A stretch of 64,000 nt of DNA from a virus (IMGVR_UViG_3300021431_003088); one strand, 5' to 3'; counted from the stretch's first letter, positions 45,233 to 55,022 are shown. Notes: a model not told the origin generated them from the sequence alone. Numbers and translations are program-made.

Positions 45233-46291
45233 TTAATATTTAAAATCCATATCAGCGTAGTTTTCTTCTACTTGATTCTTTTGTACTTCCTGTGTGGCAT
45301 GAACTTCCTTTGTAACCTTAGAACTGTCTGGCTTAATACAAGGATCATTATCAACCTTTACAGTCTTCTTTTTGGTATTTATAGGTTGCTGATTTTTAAA
45401 ATCAAATGCTTCTGCCATTACTGACATATTTCCAATATTATCACCTACAGAGTCCATAATTGAACTTGGAATAAATACCTTGGTAGAGTTACCATTAGCA
45501 ATATCCTTCATAGCCTCAATACTCTTCATACGAAGGATTTGGTTAGTAGGCTGCGCTTGATTAAGTCGCTCTAAACCTTGAGCCTCTGCTTCATATACAA
45601 GCTCTATTGACCTTGCTTTGCCTTCAGCAAGAGCAATTTGTGCATCTCTTTCTGCTTGTGCAGCCAAAACCTTAGCCTCTTTATCACCTTCAGCACGTTT
45701 AACTGCTGACTCTTTATGTGCTTCTGCTTCGAGAACAGCTTGTCTTCTTTCTCGCTCTGCCCTCATTTGCTTACTCATTACATCTAAGATGTCTTGTGGT
45801 GGCTGAATAGTCTTAACCTCTACTCTGTTTACCTTAATACCCCATTTATCTGTAGCTGCATCTAATTCTGCTTCAAGTTGTGCGTTAATTTGATCACGAC
45901 CAGAAAGTGTTGTATCTAAATCCATTGTACCAATAATATTACGAAGTGTTGTAGCACAAAGGTTTTCTACTCCTGCGAGTGGATTTTCAACACCATAAGT
46001 AAATAATTTTGCATCTGTTACTGTTAGATATACAACAGAGTCAATATGCATTGCCACATTATCCTGTGTGATAACTGATTGTGGTGGAAAATCAAGCACT
46101 TGCTCTTTTAATGATACCTTACTTATAACTGCATCAATAAAAGGTATTTTAAGATGCACACCAGCATCCCACTCTGCTTTGAATTTTCCTAATCTTTCTA
46201 CAATGTACTTTTGTGTTTGTGGTACAATTCTTAGCGACATAAGTATTAACACTATTAAAATTGCTCCAATAATTCCTAATGCTATAAACAT
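45233..46291 (-). CDS. SPFH/band-7 domain protein (stomatin/HflK-like) with N-terminal TM and coiled-coil
   Basis: N-terminal TM then IVPQTQKYIVERLGKF; AEAEAxxxAxA repeats; locally higher GC. Confidence 0.8.
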   Translation of the reverse strand: MFIALGIIGAILIVLILMSLRIVPQTQKYIVERLGKFKAEWDAGVHLKIPFIDAVISKVSLKEQVLDFPPQSVITQDNVAMHIDSVVYLTVTDAKLFTYGVENPLAGVENLCATTLRNIIGTMDLDTTLSGRDQINAQLEAELDAATDKWGIKVNRVEVKTIQPPQDILDVMSKQMRAERERRQAVLEAEAHKESAVKRAEGDKEAKVLAAQAERDAQIALAEGKARSIELVYEAEAQGLERLNQAQPTNQILRMKSIEAMKDIANGNSTKVFIPSSIMDSVGDNIGNMSVMAEAFDFKNQQPINTKKKTVKVDNDPCIKPDSSKVTKEVHATQEVQKNQVEENYADMDFKY

Positions 46292-46430
46292 AATTTTAAT
46301 CTCCTCTTAAAAAATTATTCATTTTGCTGCTTTTCTTACTCACCATAGGGGGGCTGTCCTCTAATTAATCTCATAACTAATTCTCCTTTGCGTCTACTCT
46401 TCCGGTATTGGCTCAATCTCTAACTCTTTC

Positions 46431-46895
46431 TTACGCCTCGTCTACTTCTATTAGCGTTGGTACAGTATCTATGATTTTTTTAATGTTTTCTGCAATTACA
46501 TTATTAGGTTTATCTAAGTCAAGTAACTTTTCAATCTTATCAATATCTTTTAATCTTCCGTGTCCTTTTGGTAGCTGAACACCTCTTCTAACACATTCCG
46601 CAAGACAGGTATAATCTTGTGGGTGTGTTAAGTAGTATTTTGGTATTTTAACAACTACTTCAACCTGTTCTGACATAGTTATTCCCCCGCTTTCTGCCCA
46701 ATCTGGTACATTAGCAGTAGCAACAGCACCACCACCAATATCGTTGCAAACAGTAATTTCTTGAATGCCTAATTCACACCAAGTATGTCCCTTAGATTTA
46801 TCAGCTTCTACTGCGTCTACTCTTACTTCAACATTAAATTCATTATCCATGTTTTTACAATCTAAAAGCTTAATAATTACTTCCCTTACTGTCAT
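46431..46895 (-). CDS. hypothetical protein with LPKGHGRLKDID motif
   Basis: motif shared with 12001..12312. Confidence 0.45.
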   Translation of the reverse strand: MTVREVIIKLLDCKNMDNEFNVEVRVDAVEADKSKGHTWCELGIQEITVCNDIGGGAVATANVPDWAESGGITMSEQVEVVVKIPKYYLTHPQDYTCLAECVRRGVQLPKGHGRLKDIDKIEKLLDLDKPNNVIAENIKKIIDTVPTLIEVDEA

Positions 46896-46898
46896 TTA

Positions 46899-47222
46899 TT
46901 ACTCCCTTTCTGCTTTTAGCCCGTCAATGAATTTTTCTATAAATTCAAGGCTTTTCTTCTTTCCCAAGCCTGTGTTTCTGATGTGATTTATATAGCCTTT
47001 TATCTTGTCAAGAACAGGCTCTTGCTCTAATGCTTTGATAATAGTTTCAGTAACATCATCTTGCATTGTATGGTCGCAATTAGGATAGTTTATACATTCC
47101 TCGCAAACCTCCGAATGATAATCGCTATATGCTTTCAAACAGTGCAATGCTATTTTTCTTTCTTCTCCTGTCATACTTATCTCCTTACTTTCTGCTCCAT
47201 TGTGGAATACCTTAAAAGACAA
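46899..47222 (-). CDS. hypothetical protein
   Basis: ORF track. Confidence 0.45.
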   Translation of the reverse strand: MSFKVFHNGAESKEISMTGEERKIALHCLKAYSDYHSEVCEECINYPNCDHTMQDDVTETIIKALEQEPVLDKIKGYINHIRNTGLGKKKSLEFIEKFIDGLKAERE

Positions 47223-47363
47223 GGCATTCCCTAAAACAAAGCGCTAATACCTAGTGCTAGTAAGCATGTTGTTGTTGCAAGTGATAATGGAAGTATTATT
47301 CCCCAGGCATTTATTTTCATAACTAATTACCTCTTGGAATACCCTAAAGGGCATTCCCTACCT

Positions 47364-47846
47364 TTAACTCTTTACTTTTCCTTCGTCTTTTAGTTCGTTA
47401 ATTATCTCTTCTCTAATGCTTTCCTTGTATGCTTCGTTATATTCCTTAGTAGCATCAGACTGATACGGCATACAATAGATTATTATGTCGTTTTCTAAAA
47501 AGCCGTACTTAGCTTTTCCTTGATATACGATAGGCTTATCGCTTGTCGTCCAAGACATATACACATCATTATCTTTCGTGTTGGCATTCTTTATTTCCTT
47601 ATCCTCAAGGTCTACATAGTAGAATGTACCGTCTGCGTCTTTGCTTATTTCATATACGCCATTCTTCCAATTCTTCGTGTCTACGGTGTAGTTTTGATTG
47701 AATAAGAATGTTAATATTAAAAAGAATACTATTTCTGCTATTGCACCGATAAATCTAACCCAATTTATATGTGTTAGAAAGGCTATTAATTCTGTTATCG
47801 CAAAGATTGCGACAAACCCTATAATTAAAAATATGTATTCGTTCAT
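47364..47846 (-). CDS. membrane protein (2 N-terminal TM)
   Basis: ORF track. Confidence 0.45.
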   Translation of the reverse strand: MNEYIFLIIGFVAIFAITELIAFLTHINWVRFIGAIAEIVFFLILTFLFNQNYTVDTKNWKNGVYEISKDADGTFYYVDLEDKEIKNANTKDNDVYMSWTTSDKPIVYQGKAKYGFLENDIIIYCMPYQSDATKEYNEAYKESIREEIINELKDEGKVKS

Positions 47847-47956
47847 AACTTTCCTTTAAGCACGATTACTAGCAAACTTTGCTATCTCTGCGTATACCTC
47901 GCGCAATCCTTTCTCGTAAAAATATTCATTAGTATTTTATTTGCAAAAGCTATATA

Positions 47957-48253
47957 TTATGTTGATTCTTTTATTAAGCCATCATAATGTTTACCGCCTC
48001 CAGAAGTGCCTAATATTGTACAGTTTGCATTGGCGCAATTTAAACCTAATAATGATGATTTGCTTTTTGTTTTGTTGCAATAATTAATAAGGCACTCTAT
48101 ATATTCTTCCTTTGTTACATTGGGGTTTTCTATTTTGATTATTTCATCAAAATCATTACTAGCATTTTGTTTCTTCGCCTCGTATTCTTTTTCACTCAGA
48201 TTGGGGCATAGCTTTTTAACGACCATCTGGTAATATGTGATTGCTTCTTTCAT
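47957..48253 (-). CDS. hypothetical protein
   Basis: ORF track. Confidence 0.4.
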   Translation of the reverse strand: MKEAITYYQMVVKKLCPNLSEKEYEAKKQNASNDFDEIIKIENPNVTKEEYIECLINYCNKTKSKSSLLGLNCANANCTILGTSGGGKHYDGLIKEST

Positions 48254-48300
48254 TAGTTGCTCCTATACTTCTTTAGGCTTATTAGCTCGTTCTTTTCTCT

Positions 48301-48627
48301 CTAACAGTTGCAAATGTTTGCATTTTCATAATAGCCTTTTATGTCTTGTGAGTTTTTTGATAAGTAATCAGCAATATCTTTTAGTTGAAATGCTACATAT
48401 TGAGGGCTTTCTTCTGAGTGTATTAAATCAGCAAGGAGCCTATTAGTTCTCGTGATAAGATAATTACATTTTTTGCAACAATATCTTGGATTTTCGTCTG
48501 TATATTTGTCATATTCTTTATGCAGTCCGTTATCATAAGGATTGCAAGCATCCTCTGTTATGCTGTTACAGTATACGCATCTTATTTCTTTCATATCTCC
48601 TGAATCGGCCTCGCTTTCATTGCACAT
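48301..48627 (-). CDS. Cys-rich hypothetical protein
   Basis: ORF track. Confidence 0.45.
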   Translation of the reverse strand: MCNESEADSGDMKEIRCVYCNSITEDACNPYDNGLHKEYDKYTDENPRYCCKKCNYLITRTNRLLADLIHSEESPQYVAFQLKDIADYLSKNSQDIKGYYENANICNC

Positions 48628-48639
48628 TTCGAATATATC

Positions 48640-48882
48640 TTAAAATACCTTTTTTAGATACTCTTCTATTAGCGCACATTGCACATCGCTTGTTTCGTCA
48701 AATTCCTCATAGCCCTGACTACATACATATTCTTCCATCCAATCCTGCCAACCTAGATAATCAATAAATCCTTGAATGTCGTTAGATTGACAATCGTAAG
48801 TATAGGCTTTATATTCAGCTTTTAGCACATCTTCAAAATCGCTATCAAAATAATTCATATCTTTAAGTTTTCTCTCTGCCAT
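48640..48882 (-). CDS. hypothetical acidic protein
   Basis: ORF track. Confidence 0.4.
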   Translation of the reverse strand: MAERKLKDMNYFDSDFEDVLKAEYKAYTYDCQSNDIQGFIDYLGWQDWMEEYVCSQGYEEFDETSDVQCALIEEYLKKVF

Positions 48883-48902
48883 ATCTTTATACCTCCCTTA
48901 TA

Positions 48903-49055
48903 TTATTTGCTTGGCTTATTAGATTGTTCTTTTCTCTCTAGCCGTTGCAAATCTTTTAACCAGCCACTTGTTATTTTGTATTCAGCACTTCTTTTATCTT
49001 TCAACTTTTTCTTTTTTGCTTTAAGTTTCTCAATAAGCTCTTGTCTAATCGTCAT
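48903..49055 (-). CDS. small basic protein (start trimmed to MTIRQELIEK)
   Basis: RBS AAGGAAG before ATG at 49055; the longer track ORF would overlap the MTase gene. Confidence 0.3.
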   Translation of the reverse strand: MTIRQELIEKLKAKKKKLKDKRSAEYKITSGWLKDLQRLERKEQSNKPSK

Positions 49056-49068
49056 AGCTTGATCTTCC

Positions 49069-49827
49069 TTATGTATTTCTTTCTGCCTGCGGTGTATCTG
49101 ATGATACTTGCTCAATTCTATTTTTTGCCAACAAAAAATATTCCTCATCTTTTTCTATCCCTATAAAATCTCTGTTAGTATTTATACAAGCAATACCTGT
49201 AGTACCGCTTCCCATGCAGTTATCTAATACTGTATCCCCTTCGTTTGTGTAAGTTCTGATGAAATACTCATTAGCTGCGACGGGTTTTTGTGTCGGATGA
49301 AGTCTGCTTTTTTGTTTATCCCAAGCAAACTTAAGAACATCTCTAGGATAACGCTCGGTGCTATCATAATCAGTTGGTTTATATTCCCTATAATCGGTAG
49401 ACTTCTTTGAGTTTCTCTTATGTGTAGCAGAAGACACTTTTCGTTTGTGTCCTTTTGTTTTCTGGGGATTATAAACCGGTAACTTCTTGTAGAAAATCAG
49501 CATATTTTCGTGCGCTTTCAAGGGCATACGGTTTGCATTTAGAAAGCCTGTAGCGTTTGTTTTTTCAATTATCCATTCATATCTAAACATTCCGGGATTC
49601 GACAGAATTAGGTCTACAACAAAGGGCATTTGACTCCAAAGAGCCACAACCCCATTATCGACAATAATGCGCTTATAATGCTTCCAAACTTCTTCCATTG
49701 GCAATACCACATCCCATTTATTTCTTGCGGTTGTGCCATAAGGCAGGTCACATAGTATTAAATTGACTGATTTATCTGGTATTTCTGACATTACATCGAG
49801 ACAATCACCATTTATTAACTCTATCAA
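49069..49827 (-). CDS. DNA N6-adenine methyltransferase (beta class, N-4/N-6 methylase family)
   Basis: DLPYG (DPPY), HPTQKPV, DNCMGSGTTGIA (motif I). Confidence 0.8.
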   Translation of the reverse strand: MIELINGDCLDVMSEIPDKSVNLILCDLPYGTTARNKWDVVLPMEEVWKHYKRIIVDNGVVALWSQMPFVVDLILSNPGMFRYEWIIEKTNATGFLNANRMPLKAHENMLIFYKKLPVYNPQKTKGHKRKVSSATHKRNSKKSTDYREYKPTDYDSTERYPRDVLKFAWDKQKSRLHPTQKPVAANEYFIRTYTNEGDTVLDNCMGSGTTGIACINTNRDFIGIEKDEEYFLLAKNRIEQVSSDTPQAERNT

Positions 49828-49841
49828 TAAGAACTCCTTTG

Positions 49842-50774
49842 CTATCTGAGTATATTCTTGTTATACACCTTAATACTATCTACCTTTACACCTACAAGGT
49901 TTAGTGCATATGAGCTATCTCCCTTTTCTACCATAGCCCCTGGTATCTTATCCTGCTCAACAATAAATTCGCTAACACAGGTGTTATTAGGATTATGAAC
50001 ACTTGTCATTATGTGGCTGAATGTATCTGTATGTGCATCAGCTTTCTGATCGCCTACAATGCAAGGTATTACTTCTCCGCTTTCTAGGATAAGGTCTACA
50101 TATTGCCCTATTTTTGAGGTAATGCCCGAACCTACTGCGATTACATATCTTTCTTGATACTCGCTATCGTATGGATTTTGTGAGTGTATGCGTCTAAATC
50201 CTTTATCATCTGTGTAGATGTACTTATCAGGAATAGGTGTTACTGCCTTTACTTCATCTGGTAGACTATTGTATTCGTCTGATATATGCTCAAGTGCATA
50301 TTGTGGGCTGTTTATGGCTGTTATAGTCCTGTAATCCATATATGTTTTTAAGCCCCTGTAAAACGTATCTATGCCATATTCGTAAGGCTCTAATGTAATT
50401 TCTCCGTTAGGTTCAGTTATCTCTATTAAGGCACTCATTACAGAGTAGCTCTTTGTCGGTATACCTATTACCCTGCACTCACCCTCTTCTGTGATTCTTA
50501 TTTCTTCTTGCTGTCTTTTGATTTCTTCTAGTTGCCTTTTTTGTTCTTCCAGCCACTTCTCGAAATAGTAATTATCAAGGGCTACTTGCCTTACATGGTT
50601 TGTGTCTATGTATATCTCTTGCCCTTCGTATTCCATTAAAGTAGCGGTGACTCCCGAATACAATGTGTTTGGTGTTTCTTTGGCATCTGTGTTTGCAACA
50701 GCACCTATTGTTAGAAGTGTGCCAAAGGCAAGTGCTGTTGTAGAGCCTATTACCCTTTTAAATGTTAATTTCAC
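49842..50774 (-). CDS. secreted/exported hypothetical protein (signal peptide; possible cell-wall-associated domain)
   Basis: N-terminal MKLTFKRVIGSTTALAFGTLLTIGAVA. Confidence 0.45.
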   Translation of the reverse strand: MKLTFKRVIGSTTALAFGTLLTIGAVANTDAKETPNTLYSGVTATLMEYEGQEIYIDTNHVRQVALDNYYFEKWLEEQKRQLEEIKRQQEEIRITEEGECRVIGIPTKSYSVMSALIEITEPNGEITLEPYEYGIDTFYRGLKTYMDYRTITAINSPQYALEHISDEYNSLPDEVKAVTPIPDKYIYTDDKGFRRIHSQNPYDSEYQERYVIAVGSGITSKIGQYVDLILESGEVIPCIVGDQKADAHTDTFSHIMTSVHNPNNTCVSEFIVEQDKIPGAMVEKGDSSYALNLVGVKVDSIKVYNKNILR

Positions 50775-50776
50775 AA

Positions 50777-51160
50777 TTACTTCTCCTTTATAAGTAACCC
50801 TAGCGGTACTCGAATAAACTTATTTGTATTTATCTCATATACCTTTGCATAGGGTTCTCCTAGCACAACTATTTCATCTATTAAAAGCACCTCTTTGGTG
50901 TTTTTATCTATAAAGCCTTTTACAGCATCTTCTAGCTCTTTATCCTTTAAATCATAGTGTTCGTCTATGAACATAGCTATTTCTTTATTGCTTGGTACGA
51001 GCTTATATTTATCCAGACTACCTCTAAAGCAATTAAAGAACTTATTTAAGCCCTCATATGCAAACTCTGTCAGCATTTCTTCGTAGTCTGCGTCAGTTTC
51101 TTTCTTTAGTTTTTCTAAAATCTTTGCGTCTTTTTCTTTTAATTTAATCTTTATATCCAT
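50777..51160 (-). CDS. hypothetical protein
   Basis: ORF track. Confidence 0.45.
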   Translation of the reverse strand: MDIKIKLKEKDAKILEKLKKETDADYEEMLTEFAYEGLNKFFNCFRGSLDKYKLVPSNKEIAMFIDEHYDLKDKELEDAVKGFIDKNTKEVLLIDEIVVLGEPYAKVYEINTNKFIRVPLGLLIKEK

Positions 51161-51248
51161 AATTCTTTAATAAAAGCTGGAGAAATGCGAAGAACCAGCA
51201 TGAACCCTAAGTATAAATTAAGTATAAATATGGAAGCGCATTTCTTTT

Positions 51249-51352
51249 AAGCTCCTAGCAGGACTTGAACCTGCAACAAGTTGTTACCAGCAATACACCT
51301 TCGGTATATTGCATACTACAAGGCAACTGCTCTACCGTTTGAGCTATAGAAG
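51249..51352 (-). tRNA. tRNA-Thr(TGT)-like gene interrupted by a ~31-nt hairpin-forming insert in the anticodon region (intron-like or disrupted)
   Basis: acceptor GCTTCTA/TAGGAGC, D-arm GCTC-AAACGGT-AGAGC, T-arm GCAGG-TTCAAGT-CCTGC are perfect; 5' half matches tRNA-Thr at 3174-3246; insert contains 10-bp stem GCAATATACC-GAA-GGTGTATTGC. Confidence 0.55.
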
Positions 51353-51362
51353 CGATTGGAAT

Positions 51363-51545
51363 TTAACCAAATCTGCCCTTTCTTTTAGGCTTCATAGGCG
51401 TTGTTAATGCTTTTTCTAAATCCCAGCCTAGATTTCTTCTATTATAAAAAGCAGCGGTGGATATATGATAATGAATACACATATCCGTTACTGACATATA
51501 TTCGTTTCCTAAGTGATCTTTTACTTTCTTTCCTCTATTCATCAT
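51363..51545 (-). CDS. hypothetical small protein
   Basis: ORF track. Confidence 0.4.
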   Translation of the reverse strand: MMNRGKKVKDHLGNEYMSVTDMCIHYHISTAAFYNRRNLGWDLEKALTTPMKPKRKGRFG

Positions 51546-51640
51546 CTTCTCCTACGAACTTGTTAAAAGTCTTGTGAAAAAGGGGTTTGCCTAGTGCTTT
51601 CTTTGTAAAGGCTTGGTATTGCACAAGTGGCGACCTCTAC

Positions 51641-51666
51641 CATATATATAAGTTGAGTTCGAAGTT
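51641..51666 (-). promoter_or_regulatory. promoter motif, extended-subclass variant (tatataagttgagttcgaagtt)
   Basis: seen in sequence. Confidence 0.4.
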
Positions 51667-51753
51667 TGCAGGCGTGTATAATATTTGCTTTTGCAAACTC
51701 ACATATATATTATATTCGTTTTTAAAAAAATCACATACGTTTTTTAAAAGTTT

Positions 51754-52239
51754 TTAATAAAATCTGTATTTGTTATTTGGTGACGATTTTACTTGCATCG
51801 GTGTAGCGTAACCTTCCTTTAATAGGCGGTAGTTTAGCATATTTTCTTTATTAGAGGTATCTTCGTTCAACCACACATAAGCTAGTGTTCTTCCGTACTT
51901 ATCTTCTTTTTCACTATCATACTCAAGATACAGCGTTGTCGTACCCTGCAATATGTCTTTTGTGTGGTTAGAAGCCTCTTCTCCCTCTTTGGTATTCTTG
52001 CTTTCGTCTGGATGCACTGACTCAGGCGTGTCTATACCTATTAGGCGCACAGTCTTCTCTTCACCATTCTTATTTACCACAATGGTGTCACCATCTTTTG
52101 CTCTTACATATGTTACTTTGTCTAGTTCAGATGGGGTTGGATTTTGATAAGGAAGTTTTCCTTGAAAATATAGATATGTTAATCCTGCTATTATAATAAG
52201 AATTATTATAATGATTATTGGTTTGGTTTTTCTTTTCAT
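51754..52239 (-). CDS. thermonuclease (staphylococcal-nuclease-like) with N-terminal membrane anchor; start trimmed to MKRKTKP
   Basis: VRLIGIDTPE...GRTLAYVW...NYRLLKEGYA. Confidence 0.7.
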   Translation of the reverse strand: MKRKTKPIIIIIILIIIAGLTYLYFQGKLPYQNPTPSELDKVTYVRAKDGDTIVVNKNGEEKTVRLIGIDTPESVHPDESKNTKEGEEASNHTKDILQGTTTLYLEYDSEKEDKYGRTLAYVWLNEDTSNKENMLNYRLLKEGYATPMQVKSSPNNKYRFY

Positions 52240-52429
52240 GTCTCCCCTTTCCTTGTCTGCAAACTTTCTTTGCGTTTGCAAATCTATATGAATTATATAC
52301 TTTGCGAATGCAAAACACAATAGCAAATGAAAAATTCTATAAATTGCACAAATAATCTAAGTTTTGTTGTTTGTTTTTGACAAATGCAAAAAAGAGCCAC
52401 TAAAAGTGACTCTTTCTTCCTTATGTAGC

Positions 52430-52741
52430 TCAATCCATATATTTTTCAACATCCCCTTCTCTTAATGTGAATGGTTTGTTTTTAGGATTAAGTCTTTTCA
52501 ACTTTTCCTTGTTCTTTACTGTTTTTAAGCTAACAACAAGGATTTTATTATCATAAAGACGCATCTGTTCTTCTAGAGCGATTGCGTCTTCAACCACTTC
52601 TGAAAAGCGGTTATTTGATACCGAAAGATTGAAGAAATTAAATTCTTCCTCTGTCAATATCGTGTATTGGATATTATCTCTCTCCAATACCATTTCTACG
52701 TATGGTGTCATGTATTTTGACACCTTTCTTTTCTTTTCCAT
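52430..52741 (-). CDS. hypothetical protein
   Basis: ORF track. Confidence 0.45.
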   Translation of the reverse strand: MEKKRKVSKYMTPYVEMVLERDNIQYTILTEEEFNFFNLSVSNNRFSEVVEDAIALEEQMRLYDNKILVVSLKTVKNKEKLKRLNPKNKPFTLREGDVEKYMD

Positions 52742-53130
52742 TATTCAAGTCCTCCCCCTTCGAGCAATTCTTCTATTTCATCATTACCGAGTGAGTCTAG
52801 ATTAGAAATAATATAATTAATAACATCATCTCTGAAAAAGACATCTTCAAATCCAGCCTCGCCTGCGAATGAAATTATGTCGTCGTTGTCCGTCCAATAA
52901 TAGTAATTGTCGTTCAACTCAAACTTGTCAAAGTCTCTCTGGACTTTTAAAACAATGTCGCTGGCTGATAAGCCAGTAAACATTGAACTATTCATTGAAT
53001 CGAACTCAGTCATAGGCACGATAATTTCTGTGTAATAATTGAGTTCGCAATACTTGTTATGTATTGCTATCTTGTCCTTCAAACTCATGTTGTCGAACAG
53101 TTCTCTTAGGGCTTTTTTTAATTTTTCCAT
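52741..53130 (-). CDS. hypothetical acidic protein
   Basis: ORF track. Confidence 0.45.
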   Translation of the reverse strand: MEKLKKALRELFDNMSLKDKIAIHNKYCELNYYTEIIVPMTEFDSMNSSMFTGLSASDIVLKVQRDFDKFELNDNYYYWTDNDDIISFAGEAGFEDVFFRDDVINYIISNLDSLGNDEIEELLEGGGLE

Positions 53131-53169
53131 ATTGCTTCCTTTCTACCCCTGCCGAAGCAGGGGATTTAA

Positions 53170-54975
53170 CTAAAGTTCTTCTGGGAGAATTTGCTTTACG
53201 CAACAATCCCAAGTTCTCTCCTGCTCCTCTAGGTCCTGTAGTGAGGTTCTGGCAATCAATGTTAATCTGCAGCTTTCTCTTAAAGAAAGGTCTGAGTTCA
53301 TGTATGCCTTTACCCACGACACAAAGCCTCTTGGATCAATGATTCCGTCACCGCCTGCGTCATCACAAATGGCATTTTCTTTTAGATATTTTACTATCTC
53401 TAAGAAATACCCTGCCATCTTTTCAACCTTATACTCATCAGCCTTCTTGAGATTTACTTTTTTCATAGCTCTCTCAACAAGTTCTGATTTTCTAATGTTT
53501 GATAGTGCAATCACGCCGTCCATTCTTGATAAAACAGATTGGTTCATTGCTCTACAACCATTGTAAGAAATATTGGTTGTTAAGATGATAATGCTCTTTT
53601 CGTGACGAGAAATCATCTCGCCTGTTGCCACCTTTATTTTCTCGTTATCATCGAGTAATGAATTTAAGGCAACTAGCACGGCTGGTTTTGCGATTGCTGT
53701 TGGTTCTTGGATTTCAACAACACTTGGCTGTCTTATTCCTTTTACCAACTCGGACTCTACGAACTCAAATGCACTGTTGGAGTGGTCATAATTCTTAATG
53801 AATGAATAGCACTCTTGTTCAGTTACATCTTTGTTGTAAACCCCTGTCACAATCTCCATCCAACTTGGAGCGTCAAGTTTTATCAGCTCTAATTGAGCTA
53901 ACGCAGCTTGATACCTACTCTTTTCCTCTGCGTTTGTTTGCTTAGGAATAATAGATAAGAGTAGTGAAGATTCGTCTGTTTTCTCCGAACAGACATAGAA
54001 CCTGTATGGCAAACCAAGTATACATGCCACCTGCATAGCGATTGTTGATTTACCTGTTCCTGAAGGGCCATACAATAATAGGTTGTTTCCCACAAATGTT
54101 GCGGAGTCAAGCGCTCTGATGAGCGTATCTGTTACAACCCATTCGTCCTTCCACTTCGGAACTTTTGTCTTCTCCTCCGCTGTAAGTCTTGGCACTTTAA
54201 AAGCCTTACGGTACTTGTCTTGCAGGGCTTTTACTAATGCTTTTGTTTTATCGTCTTTTCCCTTGCTTTTAGCGGTTGATTTAGTTGAGGTTGTTGCCTT
54301 CTTAGAAGAGTCTTTAACCTTTATTCTTTTAGGTACTTCTAAGGACTCAATGAGGTCTTTAATCTTTTCTTCTGGGCATCCTTCCAGTTGTTCAAAAAGC
54401 ATTTCCCTTGTAAGCAAAGGGATTTGCTTATTTTTAATGTTTTGGAATGAGTATATCTTTCCATACATTCTATAAAGGAAGTCTGATTTTATACAGAGTT
54501 CTACTCCTGTGATGAACGGCTCGTCGAACAAAACCTTTTCCAGTTCCTTGTATTCGGGTGGGTTTGTGTGCTTTATCCATTCATATGCAGCTATGCTCAA
54601 CAGTGAACCAGCACTTTTTCCAGCCTTAGACCCACCACCTATTAACTCAGGATATTTTTGGAAGCATCCCGCTTCATCTATCTCGGCAGCATAGGCGTTC
54701 TGTCCGTCATAGGTCACTATTCGCTTTATTTTATCTCTCCAAACTTTAATTTTTTGAAAAGCGAACATTCTTTGGCTTGCGGAATCGTAGTAGCCACTCC
54801 ATAAACCATCAAATCCCCTTCTTAGCGGTGGAAATACCGCACATTCTTTTTGAGGCATTTTTACCTCAAATTTCTCGTACAGACGCTCTAATTCTTTTGG
54901 CATCTCTATCCTTACAGAATCCTCTAATCCGTAAGTATATTTGTTGAAAAATTCATATTTTTCCATATTTTTCAC
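53170..54975 (-). CDS. AAA-family ATPase (AAA_5 / MoxR-CbbQ-like) with basic Lys/Ser/Thr-rich linker
   Basis: Walker A LLLYGPSGTGKST; 601 aa. Confidence 0.65.
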   Translation of the reverse strand: MKNMEKYEFFNKYTYGLEDSVRIEMPKELERLYEKFEVKMPQKECAVFPPLRRGFDGLWSGYYDSASQRMFAFQKIKVWRDKIKRIVTYDGQNAYAAEIDEAGCFQKYPELIGGGSKAGKSAGSLLSIAAYEWIKHTNPPEYKELEKVLFDEPFITGVELCIKSDFLYRMYGKIYSFQNIKNKQIPLLTREMLFEQLEGCPEEKIKDLIESLEVPKRIKVKDSSKKATTSTKSTAKSKGKDDKTKALVKALQDKYRKAFKVPRLTAEEKTKVPKWKDEWVVTDTLIRALDSATFVGNNLLLYGPSGTGKSTIAMQVACILGLPYRFYVCSEKTDESSLLLSIIPKQTNAEEKSRYQAALAQLELIKLDAPSWMEIVTGVYNKDVTEQECYSFIKNYDHSNSAFEFVESELVKGIRQPSVVEIQEPTAIAKPAVLVALNSLLDDNEKIKVATGEMISRHEKSIIILTTNISYNGCRAMNQSVLSRMDGVIALSNIRKSELVERAMKKVNLKKADEYKVEKMAGYFLEIVKYLKENAICDDAGGDGIIDPRGFVSWVKAYMNSDLSLRESCRLTLIARTSLQDLEEQERTWDCCVKQILPEEL

Positions 54976-55022
54976 CCTCCTTTAGCGAAAAAATAAGACC
55001 CTTTCGAGTCTGACCAACAATA

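Noticed and set aside
51249-51352. Group I self-splicing intron in the interrupted tRNA
   Set aside because: The insert is only about 31 nt, far too short for a group I intron. It is kept as an unexplained hairpin insert
53057-53342. ORFs 53057..53317 (-) and 53064..53342 (+)
   Set aside because: They overlap the 3' end of the AAA ATPase gene and the upstream gene in other frames
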